In this document: in pieces, positions 14,312-28,930 of the stretch
Layout of the letters: each line of letters opens with the position of its first letter
How positions within the stretch are numbered: the first letter of the stretch is position 1
Assembly (NCBI GenBank): GCA_951406725.2
Contig: OX597824.1
Coordinates: forward strand, 26,412,001-26,476,000
DNA length: 64,000 bases
Reading direction: 5' to 3'
Source: Octopus vulgaris
Taxonomy: Eukaryota
The notes under the pieces: model-generated
Database searches by the model: none
What the model was told of the DNA's origin: nothing
The model's input: only the letters and a program-made list of their open reading frames with translations
Made by a program: the position numbers and the translations under genes

Positions 14312-14465
14312 CGGGCTTCTTTCAGTTTCCGTCTACCAAATCCACTCACAAGGCTTTGGTCGGTCCGAAGCTAATGTAGAAGACACTTGCCCAAGGTGCC
14401 ACGTGGTGGGACTGAACCCGGAACCATGTGGTTGGTAAGCAGGCTACTTACCACACAGCCACTTC
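14310..14465 (-). mobile_element. SINE family A, 5' half
   Basis: ACGGGCTTCTTTCAGTTTCCGTCTACCAAATCCACTCACAAGG..ACCACACAGCCAC. Confidence 0.9.
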
Positions 14466-14562
14466 TATAAAAAAAAAACGAAGAACAAACACAAGAAAAA
14501 ACAACGCGAGCACGTTGTACATGCAAAGTATTAGCAAACGCTCAGGGAAGGAAAGAAATGTG

Positions 14563-14598
14563 GTTTTACGTTTCGAGCAAAGTTCTTCTTCAGGAAAT
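14563..14598 (-). ncRNA. Minimal type I HHR motif in a Penelope-like remnant (~14470-14670)
   Basis: Minus strand TTTC-CTGAAGA-AGAAC-TTT-GCTC-GAAAC-GTA; flanks related to 39660-39815. Confidence 0.55.
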
Positions 14599-14689
14599 GG
14601 AGACAGAGGAAAGTTCAAGAGAAAAGGAAGAAGGAGGAAAAAAATTGCCAACGATTCACATGTGGTTATATATATATATATACATGTGT

Positions 14690-14912
14690 GTGTGTGTGTG
14701 TATTTTCGTGTCTGCGTTTGTTTCCCACCACCATTTGACAACCGGTGTTAATGTGTGTTTACGTCCCCACAACGTAGCGGTTTGGCAAAAGCCTCCGATA
14801 GAATAAATACCAGGCTTAACAAAGAACAAATTTCTGGGGTCGACTCATTCGACTAAAAATTGCTCAAGGCGGTGCCCCAGCATGACCGCAGTCTAATAAC
14901 TAAAAGATAGAA
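14690..14912 (+). mobile_element. SINE family A, 3' half
   Basis: TTGACAACCGGTG..GATAGAATAA..CAAGGCGGTGCCCCAGCATG. Confidence 0.85.
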
Positions 14913-15221
14913 CAAAAAACATGGAAAAGAAAAGAACTAGGTGTGATCTTTTCGGCTAAATTCCTACCAAGTGGTGCCCCAGCATGGGCAGAATCAAATG
15001 ATTGGAACAAGCAAAGGATATATAGACGTACTCAGGCACAGATATGAGCACACACGTACACGCACACACATTCACACACACACACACACGACGCACACAC
15101 ATTCACACACACACACACGATGCACACATGTATATCTTACCACATGATATCGTCTTTCATACCATCTGTTTCTTTGTCTTAATACCAGTCTATCGCTTTC
15201 TCTCTCCTGCTCTCTCCCTTG

Positions 15222-15294
<73 letters not shown>

Positions 15295-15869
15295 TTTATC
15301 TTTCTTCTTTCTCGCTATTCATTCTATCCACTTCTACTTAAAACCCTGCCTTTCTCTGTTACCTTCTCCCTCGCTATCTTTCAATTATCCACCCACTCTA
15401 TCTCTTCACCAATCTGCCACCATCGCCTTACTCACTGCTATCGTCTGCAATCTCTTCCATTCTTTCTCCATCTAGCGTTCTGCTAGTTGCCTTCTTACCT
15501 CCCCTTCAGTCCCTCTCACCATCCATCGAAGTCTTTTGACAGCATCTTACACTCATTGCTTGCAGAAGACTAAGATATATATACACGATAAAAGTGTTTA
15601 AAAAGCAAGGAATCGTAGTAAAATCGTGTCGTGATTATTACAAGAAAGTGTTTTGCTATCGAAATAAACATCTTGTATAAAGGTACTTACAACACATGCC
15701 TATCATCAGCGGATTCTTTCAAGTCAAATTTATATGTGTGTGTCTGTGTGTACGTGTGTGTACATGTATATATATATATACACACACGTATATATACACA
15801 CATACATATATACATATACACACATGTATATGTGTATATATATATATGTATATATATGTGTGTGTGTAT

Positions 15870-15917
<48 letters not shown>

Positions 15918-16140
15918 CATATGGTATACATGCACACACACACATAATTATAAACAAAGGCATACGAATACACACACATATACATACAAAGATACATGCA
16001 TACATACACACACATGAGGATACGCATGCTTAAATAAATAAATAAACAATATATATATACTAATATATATATTTATATATACACACACACAAACACACAC
16101 TCTCTCTCCATCCTCCCTCTCTCTCTCTATATATATATAC

Positions 16141-16229
<89 letters not shown>

Positions 16230-16359
16230 CGTATGCACGTATTGCTTATTAGTTTTAGAATAAAGAGAATAAACAAGACGACACACAGCAGACACACACA
16301 CACGCACACGCACACTCACGCACAGAAGTTCATATATATATATTGTTATCCCATCTTAT

Positions 16360-16433
16360 TCTACTGATGACAAACTATAAAAGAACATTTGGGTTTTTAT
16401 CAGAAGATTGTTTGTGGTTTGATCTAAACGTAA
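16360..16433 (+). ncRNA. Degenerate type I HHR with long stem II
   Basis: CTGATGA-CAAACTAT..GTGGTTTG-ATC-TAAACGTA; the G of GAAA is mutated. Confidence 0.35.
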
Positions 16434-16726
16434 TGCAAGCGGGCGTCTAACTGTAACATAATATCCTTACACATACACACACACACACACACTCACACAC
16501 ACACACACACGCACACACACGAATATATATATATAAATATACATATATATGTACATATGTTTACATATATACCCATACACACACACTTATACATACAGCG
16601 CCTTGTTTCGTGTAGTTTATGTACACAGCGCCACATTATAAACATACTGAATTTCCTGGGAATGTAAGTTATATATATATGTCTATGTATATATACGCAT
16701 GTATGTATGTATATAATAAATAATAT

Positions 16727-16761
<35 letters not shown>

Positions 16762-16793
16762 ATATATATATATATGTGTATATATATATATAC

Positions 16794-16826
<33 letters not shown>

Positions 16827-16906
16827 ATATATTATTTATTATTTAATTGAATGTGAGCGACGCATCCGTTTCCAAGTATGTGTGTGTGTGTGTGTATATA
16901 TGTATA

Positions 16907-17003
<97 letters not shown>

Positions 17004-17040
17004 TTCACATATATATTTGCATATATATATAGATAGATAC

Positions 17041-17104
<64 letters not shown>

Positions 17105-17202
17105 CTAGCTATACATATATATGTATATGCATATGCTATATACACCTATTCAAAATCTTTATTTCATGCACATCGTTTTTGTCCAGCTGTCTTTTCATCT
17201 AT

Positions 17203-17267
<65 letters not shown>

Positions 17268-17505
17268 AAATTTTTAAGTCTGTCTCTCTATATCTGTGTG
17301 TAAGTATTTAAAATATACACACACACACACACACACATACATTCATACGTGCAAGTCAAGCATGTATACAATGACAGTCAGCTACGTATTTCATCTGATA
17401 ATTATACTAACATAGAGGTATATTAATATATTCTATATCTGCCTATATACATGATAATTTAGGAATTCTTCATTCACATAGATATGTAGGTGCTAAAAAT
17501 GTACT

Positions 17506-17552
<47 letters not shown>

Positions 17553-17722
17553 CATATATACATATATACATACGCGAATACATGCACACACGTATACGCG
17601 TGAACACACAAGTATATACTAACGGTATATACTCATAGACATACAATCGATACTTAGAAATATAAATGAACAGGTATGTTGATGCAAACAGGAAAAATAG
17701 AACTCAAAATATGCATATATGT

Positions 17723-17872
17723 ATATTGTTATTGATATTTAACAGAAGCAGAGCGACTCAACATCCGATAGTGTCGTGCGTTAGCACTTATCAAACTTTT
17801 TGGTAAGTGCCAACGCACGAAACTCTCGGCCCGTGAATCACTCTGTTACTCCTGTTAAATATTAGCAAATAT
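17723..17872. repeat. Imperfect fold-back palindrome
   Basis: ATATTTAACAG..TCGTGCGTTAGCACTT pairs with AAGTGCCAACGCACGA..CTGTTAAATAT. Confidence 0.75.
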
Positions 17873-18024
17873 AGATATATCAATGCATGTATATGTCTGT
17901 GTGTATGTATATACAAATATATATATATATGTTTACTTGAATGGATGTATGTATGGATATCTATCTATCTATCTACATACCTACCTACCTACCTACCTAC
18001 CTACCTACCTACCTACCTACCTAC

Positions 18025-18089
<65 letters not shown>

Positions 18090-18101
18090 AATCTATCTGT
18101 C

Positions 18102-18494
18102 CCTTTTATCTTGTATTCTTTCACTCATCAGACAGCGGCCATGCTGGGGCACCGCCTTGAAGAAGTTTTAGTCGAACGAATCGTACCCAGTACTTATTTT
18201 TTAAGCTTGGCAACTTATTTTATCGGTTGCTTTTGCCGTGTCGCTACGTTACGGGGATGTGAACACACCAACACCGGTTAAGCGGTGATTAGGACACTCA
18301 CACACACACACACACGCACACGTACACACTCACGACGGATTTCTTTTAGATTCCGAGTACTAAATCTATACACAAGGCCTTCGTCGATCTGAACCTATAA
18401 TAGAAGACACGCTGAAGGTACTACGAAGTGGGACTGAACACGAGACCTCGTGTTTCGGAACCAAACTTGTTATCACACAGCCAACCCTGCGCTT
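18102..18494 (-). mobile_element. Diverged full-length SINE family A
   Basis: Head, body, internal (CA)n and tail all recognisable. Confidence 0.85.
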
Positions 18495-18623
18495 ATACTC
18501 ATACCATCTCGAAAAACTTTTCTCCTACTTTTCCTTAGCAAAACAAATTAATTTAATTAAATTTTCTAAATGACCTGAGAGATACTCGTCCTGCCTGATT
18601 TTTGTTTTCCATTCTACTTTACC

Positions 18624-18678
<55 letters not shown>

Positions 18679-18679
18679 T

Positions 18680-19668
18680 AATCCGAACACCCGAATTTAT
18701 CCAGCAAGTTCAACAAAATTTAAAAATTTTAAAATTTTCTCCAGTGATTACAATCCCAGAAAGTCCAAGGGGTCAATTGCAAAAGATCTCCACGTGTCAG
18801 AAGGAACAGTCAGAAATGTTGTCCACGAAGACATCAGGTATAAGTCTTATATGATGAGGAAAGGTCAATTTGTAAGAAAAAGCAAAAGAAAATCACATCA
18901 GATCTAAAAGGCTCTTAAACAAACTGAAAAATCCAGCAGATTTGATTTGGTTTTTCTCAAACGAGAAAAACTTCGACCAAGATCAAAAAGTTAACAGAAG
19001 AAATGACAGATGGTTATGTGCAGACCTTTCTGAAGTTCCAAGTGTTATGCATACAAAATTTCCATGGTTTTAGGGGTTGTCAGCAATGAAGGACGTGTGA
19101 TGTCTCCTTACTTCTTTCCACAAGTCCTTAGAGTTAACTCTGCCGCCTACATTGAGGTCCTGGAAATAATTGTTAAGCCCTGGATAGACAGTGTATGCAA
19201 TGGAAGGCCATATGTGTTTCAGTAAGACTCTACGCTATCACACATGGCTTCAGTAACACGGGAATGCATGGCTGAAAATTTTCATGATCACATAACCCCT
19301 AACATTTGACCTCCTAATTCCCCAGATCTCAATCCATTGGACTATTACGTGTGGAGCGTTGTTGAGAGAGAGGTCAATGAACACGGCCATAACACCAAAG
19401 ATTCTTTGACAGCTGCCATAGTCAGAGTAATGTCCAAAATGGATCAGGACCACTTTATTCGAGCATGTAAATGACTTAGATGTCTTAAAGCAGCAGCTGT
19501 TGGAGCTGAAGGTGGCTTTATTGAATAACATTGTAGAAAAGAAGGCTTATTTTTAGTCTCATAGCATTTTTTCGATAAATAAAATTATCTGATAAATAAA
19601 ATTATCATATACATTTGTTCTTTTAATTATAAACATCAATCTGTCCTCAAATATCTTAAGCACCCTGT
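18680..19668 (+). mobile_element. maT/DD37D transposon, catalytic-domain pseudogene and right TIR
   Basis: WFFSNEKNF..YVFQ*DSTLSH..PPNSPDLNPLDYYVW with 37 residues between the 2nd and 3rd D; ends CCTCAAATATCTTAAGCACCCTG-TA. Confidence 0.92.
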
Positions 19669-19874
19669 ATATGTACACCCGCCCTCGCGCGCGCAACACA
19701 CACATACACAAATCTGTTACCTATTCAATCGGTCTCTTTTGCTGAACCACAAATTTATGGTGACGTGAACATACAAACACCGGTGGGGGACAAATATGCA
19801 GACACAATGACACACGTTAGTATGAATATAAATATATATACATGTATATGTATGTAAATATATGTATATATATG

Positions 19875-19906
<32 letters not shown>

Positions 19907-20100
19907 AATGTATGTGTGTTTTTCCAGTGTTTACAAATAACATGGAAAAAATAAATAAACAGTTACCAGGTTAGCAAGAATTCACACAAGTAACAAGGAT
20001 GTAACTGCCTATTTATAAAGGTACAAACTCCGGGTTTAGGTGAAATGTTTTGTATAATATAGATAAATAAATAAATGGAGCTAAACGCAGGTTTGCATAA

Positions 20101-20315
20101 AGGCAGCGAGCTGGCAGAATCGGTAGCACGCCGGACGAAATGATTAGCGGTACTTCGACCATCGCTATGTTGTGAGTTCAAATTCCGCCGAGGTCGACTT
20201 TGCCTTTCATCCTTTCGGGGTCGATAAATCAAGTACCAGTGAAACACTGAGGTCGTTGTAATCGACTAGTCCCCAAGCCCCAAATTTCAGGCCTTGTGCC
20301 TTTAGTAGAAAGGAT
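20101..20315 (+). mobile_element. Full-length SINE-B2
   Basis: GGCAGCGAGCTGGCAGAATC head; tail AAATTTCAGGCCTTGTGCCTTTAGTAGAAAGG. Confidence 0.9.
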
Positions 20316-20716
20316 ATATGTATATGCACACACAGAGACATATATGTGTGTGTGTGTGTGTGCATGTGTGTATTAAGATACCATTGGTTTCATGCTAAGA
20401 AAATATCTTAATATCTTAACAGTTTTTCCAGATTCACTCACAAGCATTTAGTCGCCACATGGCTATAGAAAAAGGCACTTGCCGCAGTTACCAAGCAGTG
20501 GGACTGAACCCGGAACTATGTGGTTGGGAAGCAAAGTTCTTACTACACAGCCACCCTAAACCTATACATATATGTAGAATTAAGTATATACAAACATACT
20601 TTTATATATATATTTTTTATGTTTGCATACACATAGGCACGCGCATACACGCATACATACACAAACACACACGTATAAACACATATAAAGATAGATAAAT
20701 AGGTAAATGGATAGAT

Positions 20717-21109
20717 GGATGGATGGAAGCACTCCGTCGGTTACGACGATGAGGGTTCCGGTTGATCCGAATCAACGGAACAGCCTGCCCGTGAAATTAA
20801 CGTGTAAGTGGCCGAGCACTCCACAGACACGTGCACCCTTAACGTAGTTCTCGGGGATATTCAGCGTGACTCAGAGAGTGACAAGGCCGGCCCTTTGAAA
20901 TACAGGTACAACAGAAACAGGAAGTAAGAGTGAGAGAAAGTTGTGGTGAAAGAGTACAGCAGGGATCACCACCATCCCCTGCCGGAGCCTCGTGGAGCTT
21001 TTAGGTGTTTTCGCTCAATAAACACTCACAACGCCCGGTCTGGGAATCGAAACCGCGATCCTATGACCGCGAGTCCGCTGCCCTAACCACTGGGCCATTG
21101 CGCCTCCAC
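20717..21109 (-). mobile_element. Full-length tRNA-Arg-like SINE family C (resembles Octopus OR1-type), 12-bp TSD
   Basis: Head GGAGGCGCAATGGCCCAGTGGTTAGGGCAGCGGACTCGC; TSD AAATGGATAGAT at 20705-20716 and 21110-21121; (CCAT) tail. Confidence 0.92.
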
Positions 21110-21483
21110 AAATGGATAGATAAGCACACAAAAATGTATACTATACAAGTTCCTCACTAAAGGTAGGCTGGTGGATATGTATTAATTAATTACATATTAA
21201 TTATACAGTTAATGAGTTAGACAAGTGAAAACAACAGACGAGGATAAGAACTATTTTATGCATGTACACGTGCGTATTAATACATGCCATATTTTGTATG
21301 CATTTGTGTATGCGTGTGTATGCTTGTGCATGTTCGAGTAAGTGTGGTTCTGTAGATGCATTTTCAAACCTATTAAAGAGTGACATGCGCAAGATGCATT
21401 GATGAATGTGCGAATAAATACGTAGTTACACATGTACACACTCACAAAAATATTCATGTGTCTGTGTTTAGTGTATAGCTGTG

Positions 21484-21542
<59 letters not shown>

Positions 21543-21568
21543 ATGAGAATGTATTTGTATATACGCTG

Positions 21569-21612
<44 letters not shown>

Positions 21613-21869
21613 GCATACATACATGTGTGTGTGTAAGTATATATGTGTGAGATATATAAAGTTATGCTTATATATGTGTGTGTGTGTGTGTATATATGAT
21701 TATATGCAAGTAGATTATATTCTATATATATATATATATGGGTATTTCTGGATATATATATGAGCATATATATATATGGATACATACATACATACATATA
21801 TACATACATACATGTGTGTAAGTACATATACACACGCACACATGAATTGCATAAATATAACGAGCGAGC

Positions 21870-21900
<31 letters not shown>

Positions 21901-21980
21901 GAGAATAAAATGCGAGGGTGGGAGAAGGCGAAGGTAAGAGTGTGAGGGAAACAGAATGTGCGATGCATCTATATACGCGC

Positions 21981-22037
<57 letters not shown>

Positions 22038-22057
22038 CATACATACATACATATACA

Positions 22058-22142
<85 letters not shown>

Positions 22143-22424
22143 TCGTGTATGCTTTTATAAAGGAAGAAAAAGACAAAAAGATGGGGAGGAGATTGTTAAT
22201 GAGAATACAAATCTTGAATTAAGCCCTCCGGTGGGAATTAATAGTTGGTTTCCGGTGTGAAATCTCCTAAATTAATGACTACATACATCACTAGATTTTC
22301 ATCAGTGCTGGTTTTCGCGTCTTACCATTTCCACCCCTCCCATCCCCACTATATTCTGTAAATTCTTCGCTTTTCTGTTCCTTTTTTATTCCAACCATCT
22401 TTACTCACTCCACAAATATACATA

Positions 22425-22461
<37 letters not shown>

Positions 22462-22477
22462 CTCTCTCTCTCTCTCA

Positions 22478-22523
<46 letters not shown>

Positions 22524-22576
22524 ACACACACACATATATATGTATGTATTTATAATCACATATATATATAAGTGCA

Positions 22577-22624
<48 letters not shown>

Positions 22625-23149
22625 TATTTATAAATATACGTATATATGTATGTGTGCATGTATATATATATATATATAAATATATATATATATATGTATA
22701 TACTCGCATCCTTATCAATCTATTAAAAAGACATATATTTAAATACAGTGAATTGGAAAACCTCAATCAACAGATTAGCCAAGCAATTAGTAAATAAAAT
22801 CTCCCTGTGGGGTGTGTTTAAAATTTGAAAGCCGCAAACAAGTTAGTTAATTACAATATGTCGATCGAAATTTTGGCACAATATAGACAATGAAAATTGA
22901 AGTGGAGCGGGAGTTTTTATTTGCTAATCACTTAGATAATTGTAGATTTTCACTTCACATTTATGAAACTGTAACGGTTTGCTGTAAAGCAACATCCATA
23001 CATATCGGCTTGCATTGGTCTTATTTTAAAAAAAATGTTTTCTTTAGCCCCAGGTCTCAGGAAACCCGTTATTCGTTATCTATCATCACAGCATCAGTCC
23101 TGCACTGGACGCCGATCTGTTGCATAGTTCAAGACCAGTATTTGTTTTT

Positions 23150-23460
23150 TGTTAGGGGAAGGGACAAAGAGATTACATCAACCCTGGTACTTTATTTTAT
23201 TGATTGGTACTTTATTTTATCGCCACCAAAGTGATGAAAGAGCGAAATTGGCCTCGGCGGGATTTGAACTAAGAATGTAACAAGCAGGTGGAAATGCCGA
23301 GGTATAAACAATTCCGCCGGGTCGCCACTTTGCAGTGTCTATCTTTTATCTTTTACTTGTTTCAGCCTTGAAGAAGTTTTAGTCGGCGGAATCGATCCTG
23401 GTACTTATTTTTTAAAAGTCTGACACTTATCCTCTTGATCTCCTAGGACGAACCGCTAGT
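23150..23460 (-). mobile_element. Degenerate SINE-B followed by a SINE-A 3' fragment
   Basis: GGCCTCGGCGGGATTTGAACT; TTTTACTTGTTTCAG..TTAGTCG. Confidence 0.65.
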
Positions 23461-23471
23461 ATATATATATA

Positions 23472-24490
23472 CTAGCTGACGTACCCGGTAATTACCGGGA
23501 AAGCTGGGCTTATCCCTTGGTTCCGTTCTTATAATTGTTTCGCTAATCCAATAACAATACAAAGTATATAGCTCTTAAAATGGTTTTTGTGCATTTACAG
23601 AGAATACTGAACTGTCTTACACAGGATCTTGTTTTTAGGAATTCCCAATAAGTTATGAATACCCAAATTGTGAAGTCAGTTATGTAATAACATGAAATTA
23701 GTTACTCGATAGTAAAAATTCAAATAAAGTAGCCCGAAAAGAGCGTTAATGCGTTCCCAGAGTATATAGAACATAGGAGGAAATTCTAATAAGGTATGTA
23801 TACTAAAATCCTGAAACATATTACGTAATAACAGGATAATCAGATATGAGAGAATAACAAATATGAGATGATAACATTTCAAAGTAAAGGACTTTTGTGC
23901 GTTCACAGAGAATATTACCTTCAGGGGCGCTAGTGTTGGTATATTCGTGAATAAATCACTAACTGAAATGAGTGGATCTATTGCTTTCGAAAATACTATT
24001 TACTTCTTTAAGAGTTGTACTGGATAAACTACGAAAATAACTAAAATACTAAGAAATAAGCATACTCAATTTCATATTACCAAATGATTTAGGAAAATGA
24101 ATGGGTTATTTCACTTGGCTATATATAAAGATGCCTTCCATTTTAAAAATAAAATATATTAGATATACGTAAGAATCCCTTCCAGGAGCCCTATTATCAA
24201 CTTTATTTCAACAATTTTAGTATGCCATGAGGTTTCCAGACATGAGTTCTACTCACGTGTCAAATTTCATCAAAATCGATAAAACGATGTAGGAGGAGTT
24301 AGCTAACAACTCCAAAAACACACGTATCACCCGGTCTGAGATTCGAACCCTTGATCCCTCGTCCGCGAGTCCACTGCTCTAACCACTTGGCCATGTGCCT
24401 TCACATACACACACACACGCACACACGCACACACACAAACGCAAACACACCACCACCACCACCGCACGCATAAACACACATATATAGTCT
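23472..24490 (-). mobile_element. Non-autonomous Helitron
   Basis: Minus 3' end has the perfect palindrome CCCGGTAATTACCGGG (23484-23499) 8 nt before terminal CTAG|T; AAATTTCATCAAAATCG motif near the other end. The 5' boundary is uncertain. Confidence 0.7.
24326..24403 (-). mobile_element. SINE family C tRNA-like head only
   Basis: CCGGTCTGAGATTCGAACCC..GCGAGTCCACTGCTCTAACCAC. Confidence 0.8.
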
Positions 24491-24519
24491 GCAATAGAAA
24501 ACAAAACAAAAAATAAAAA

Positions 24520-24740
24520 GCCCCTCATATTTTGCACCAATGCTTCTTTCTGACTCACAGAGGAGAGTAGTGATGACCACCGCCTTGCAGACATTGGACT
24601 TGGACAGGTGCAGCAGTGTACATTTCAGCCATATACGTCGCTGCAGAAGGACGTGTTGGCTTGGTCAATGCGTTTATCATCGTACTTTTTACAGACTGTA
24701 TTATTATAAATGGCGCTCGTCAGGCAGGTTAACTATTAGA
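24520..24740 (-). mobile_element. RTE LINE RT-domain fragment
   Basis: Minus translation ..DDKRIDQANTSF..VCKAVVITTLLCESE resembles RTE RIAKAS.AF..VYKAVV.TTLLYGSE. Confidence 0.6.
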
Positions 24741-24796
24741 ATGGGTTGAGGTATTGTCTTTCGATGGTGATATGCAGTTGTTGGTATGTTGTATAT

Positions 24797-25689
24797 TAGG
24801 GTGGAGTGAAAATTAAAAAAACGTGGTAATTGAAAATGCCTGAGAGCTAAAATGTTGCTATATTTGATTACTAGAAAAATGCTGAGATCTACCAAGGGCA
24901 TTTACTTTTTCAAGCACCCTAAACTCCGAAAATGGGGAATTTTTATCAAGTGTTCTTTTTTGCAACAGCGGAGTTTGGAGGTTTGGGGGAGTAAATGCCC
25001 TTGAATGATCCAAACGAAAACTTAGTATTTTTCTAGTAATAATATATAGTAAGAAGGTGGCGAGATGGCAGAAACGTTAGCACGCCGGGCGAAATGCTTA
25101 GCGGTATTTCGTCTGTCTTTACGTTCTGAGTTCAAATTCTGTCGAGGTCGACTTTGCCTTTCATCCTTTCTGGGTCAATAAATTAAGTAACAGTTACGCA
25201 CTGGGGTCGATGTAATCGACTTAATCTGTTTGTCTGTCCTTGTTTGTCTCCTCTGTGTTTAGCCCCTTGTGGGTAGTAAAGAAATTGCCTTTCATCCTTT
25301 CGGAGTCGATAAGTACCAGTTGCGTACTGGGGTCGAACTTCTCGACTGGTCCCTCCTCCAAAATTTCGAGCCTTGTGCCTAGAATAGAGAAAAAAAAAAT
25401 GATTTTAAGGTGGCGAGCTGGCAGATACATTAACACACCGGACGAAATGCTTAGCGGTATTTTGTCTGTCTTTACGGTCTGAGTTCAAATTCTACAGAGG
25501 TCGACTTTGCCCTTCATCCTTTTGTGGTCAATAAATTAAGTACCATTGCGTTCTGGGGTCAATTCAATCGACTGGCATCCTCCCCGCAAAATTTCAGGCC
25601 TTGTGCCTAGAGTAGAAAAGAATAATGTATAACAAGATATTAGACCTCAACCATTTGCAATTTCTACAATTTATTTTCACTCCACCCTA
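24797..25689 (+). mobile_element. MITE with long TIRs (TAGGGTGGAGTGAAAAT), interrupted by a SINE-B cluster
   Basis: Ends TAGGGTGGAGTGAAAAT and ATTTTCACTCCACCCTA; a second copy is adjacent. Confidence 0.75.
25053..25622 (+). mobile_element. SINE-B cluster: B1 full, B2 3' fragment, B2 full
   Basis: Heads at ~25053 and ~25407; B1 tail is joined to an internal B site at 25285. Confidence 0.88.
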
Positions 25690-25724
25690 GCTTACACAAT
25701 GTATATACCCGCACAAATATACAT

Positions 25725-26027
25725 GCGTGGAGTGAAAATAAAAAATCGAAAATGCCTGAGGGCTAAGTCTTGCTATATATTATTACTACAAAAATGCTAA
25801 ATTTTCGCTTACTTCAATCGATTTACTCTCTCAAATCCCTCAAATTCCGCGATTGTAAAAAGATTTACAAAAAAAACCCCATTTTCGGAGTTTAGGGGGC
25901 TTGAGGGAGTAAGTGCCATTGATTGATCTAAGCAAAAATTTAACACTTTTCTAGTAATCAAATATAACAATATTTTAGCTCTCGGGCATTTTCAGTTTCT
26001 TCAATTTTTTATTTCCCCTGTACCCTA
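25725..26027 (-). mobile_element. Second copy of the same MITE, opposite orientation
   Basis: Internal CCCCATTTTCGGAGTTTAGGG is the reverse complement of CCCTAAACTCCGAAAATGGGG in copy 1. Confidence 0.75.
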
Positions 26028-26357
26028 TTATATATGGCGTTTTACGGAACAACACTCCAGTTTCCTTCAGACTAACGTTGTATGTATGTATGTATGTATG
26101 TATGTATGTATGTATGTATGTATGTATGTATGTATGTGTGTATGTATGTAAAGGGGCGCGAAACTATAATGACTTTTCAGAAACCGGCGGATGAAGAAAT
26201 CTGCTGCAAAAGGTCCGTATATCCTGTTTGTGTCTTGTTTGCCATTTTTTATGTGATCGTCTGTTATCGCTTATGTTCTCTTTGATTAATGTGTATATGC
26301 ACATATGTATATTCATGTGTATATGTACACATATATGTGTATATATGTACGCACCTA

Positions 26358-26443
<86 letters not shown>

Positions 26444-26524
26444 AGTGTGTTGTGTGTGTGTGTGGGTGTGTGTGTCTGTGTGTGCACGTATATGTATACA
26501 TACCTATATATATATGTAGACGTA

Positions 26525-26682
26525 TATTCTTTTATTTGCTTGTCATTTGACTGCGGCCATGCTGGAACACCGCCTTTAGTGGAACAATTCAACCTCAGGA
26601 CTTATTCTTTGTAAGCCTAGTACTTATTCTATCGGTCTCTTTTGCCGAACCGCTACTTACCACGCAGCCACTCCTGCGCCTA
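26525..26682 (-). mobile_element. Internally deleted SINE family A
   Basis: Tail joined to head at GAACCGCTA|CTTACCAC. Confidence 0.8.
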
Positions 26683-26692
26683 TATGTATATG

Positions 26693-26750
<58 letters not shown>

Positions 26751-26782
26751 GAAAATTTGAAACTGACTTGAAAATTGGAAGT

Positions 26783-26825
26783 CCACCTGAAGATTGTCGA
26801 TCAGGACAAGAAACAATTGTAGTGG
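26783..26825 (+). ncRNA. Well-formed type I hammerhead ribozyme
   Basis: Stem I CCAC/GTGG; CTGAAGA; stem II TTGTC/GACAA; GAAAC-AATT-GTA with palindromic stem III; predicted cleavage after 26821. Confidence 0.8.
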
Positions 26826-26908
26826 CGGTTTTTTTGACTATTTATTAAAATTTTATGTATTGATTAAGTCTTTCCTTGTTTGTTTTGCAAAATAGTGGTT
26901 TTGTCTCT

Positions 26909-27022
<114 letters not shown>

Positions 27023-27413
27023 CTGTGAACTCATGTGTAAATGTGTTCCATTGAAATTAAAAGCATTTATGTAAAAATTCATGAACGCGTATATGTATGT
27101 GAATTTGTGTGTGTGCGCACATCTAGAATTTCAATCAATACGTTAATTTACCCCTATTAAAACAAACATACGATTATATAAATATAAACATGTGTGTGTG
27201 TATGTGAACATGTAAGTCTACATGTTATACATTTATATGAGCGGCGTGTATTCCTCTATGCCATTCAAAGCAGAGCTCCAGCATTACATTGGGCATAATA
27301 ACTGAAACGGGTTAATGGAATCGTGCATATATTCCTACATGTATGTGTGTGCAACATGTATATAATGATGTATGGCTAAGTTTCACACACATCTACACAT
27401 AAGCATTATCTTA

Positions 27414-27557
<144 letters not shown>

Positions 27558-27859
27558 CACACACATGCGTATGTATGTATATGTATATGCATCTATATAC
27601 GTGTATCAGGAGAGAGTGACATGCATGCGCGTATGTTGCTGTATATTGACTTAATATATATAATTGTATAATTAGCGAACTTAATTGAAATACACATCTA
27701 TAATTAAATATTTACGCACACACACAAACATACATGCATTCATATCTTAATGTATATTTGTCCACACTCACTCTCACGCACACACATATACACACGCTTA
27801 CATTTATATAGGATCATGTATGCACATACACGTACAATTTTATATTAGTATGTACATAA

Positions 27860-27907
<48 letters not shown>

Positions 27908-27929
27908 TATATGTGTGTGTGTGTATTTG

Positions 27930-28150
27930 TGTATGTATGTGTGTGTATATGTTTGTGTGTCTGTTTGTATCCCCAACAACCCTTGATAACCGATGATGAT
28001 GTGTTTACGTTCCCACAACTTAGCATTTCGGCAAAGCGACCGATAGAATAAATACTAGGCTCACAAAGTCCTGCGGTCGATTTGCTCGAATAAAGGCGGT
28101 GCTCCAGCATGGCCGCAGTCACATGACCGAAACCAGGAAAAGAATAAAAA
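27930..28150 (+). mobile_element. SINE family A, 3' half
   Basis: CTTGATAACCGATG..AAAGGCGGTGCTCCAGCATGGCCGCAGTCA. Confidence 0.85.
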
Positions 28151-28505
28151 AATAAATGATTATATTTATATATAGACATATACATTGGTGTATATATACG
28201 CACACATGCTATGTATATGCATAAGTGTGCAAGCATGTATGTTTTTGACTATATCCCTGAATGTGTGTACAAAATCACACACACATCCATTCACATACAC
28301 ACATATACAAACTATTACACACACATTCTTGTATACGTGTGTGCGAATATATATATTAAAACTTGAAATTTGTGTGTACGTGTATACATGTAGACTTCAA
28401 TATATCTGTGTGTATATATTAATTTATTTATGTATGTCTTTGCCTGTAGTTCTGTCAATCTCTCTCAGTCTCTCTCATACATATATATACATACATATAT
28501 ATGCA

Positions 28506-28578
<73 letters not shown>

Positions 28579-28818
28579 ACATATTAAATACATATGTATT
28601 TAATTTCAGATTTATATATATTAATACATAAATACTTAAATGTATGTATTTAATTTCAGATTTATATTTTTATTTTCATATTCACTTATATTTATATGTG
28701 TAAATGAATATGCACAAATATATGTATGCATTTATATATACGCACACACACACATATGTATGTATATACATACATATGTACACATATACATGTATGTATA
28801 TACATACACACACGCACA

Positions 28819-28865
<47 letters not shown>

Positions 28866-28899
28866 CGCATATATACATACACATATATGTATGTATAGG

Positions 28900-28930
<31 letters not shown>

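Noticed and set aside
21035-21109. tRNA-Arg-like sequence (also at 24326, 59215 and 60612)
   Set aside because: These are SINE heads continuing into SINE body, without a proper acceptor stem or terminator.
26175-26215. Homeodomain-like FQ/NRRMKK after an AG
   Set aside because: An extra base breaks the frame, the donor is weak and no upstream helices were found; likely chance.
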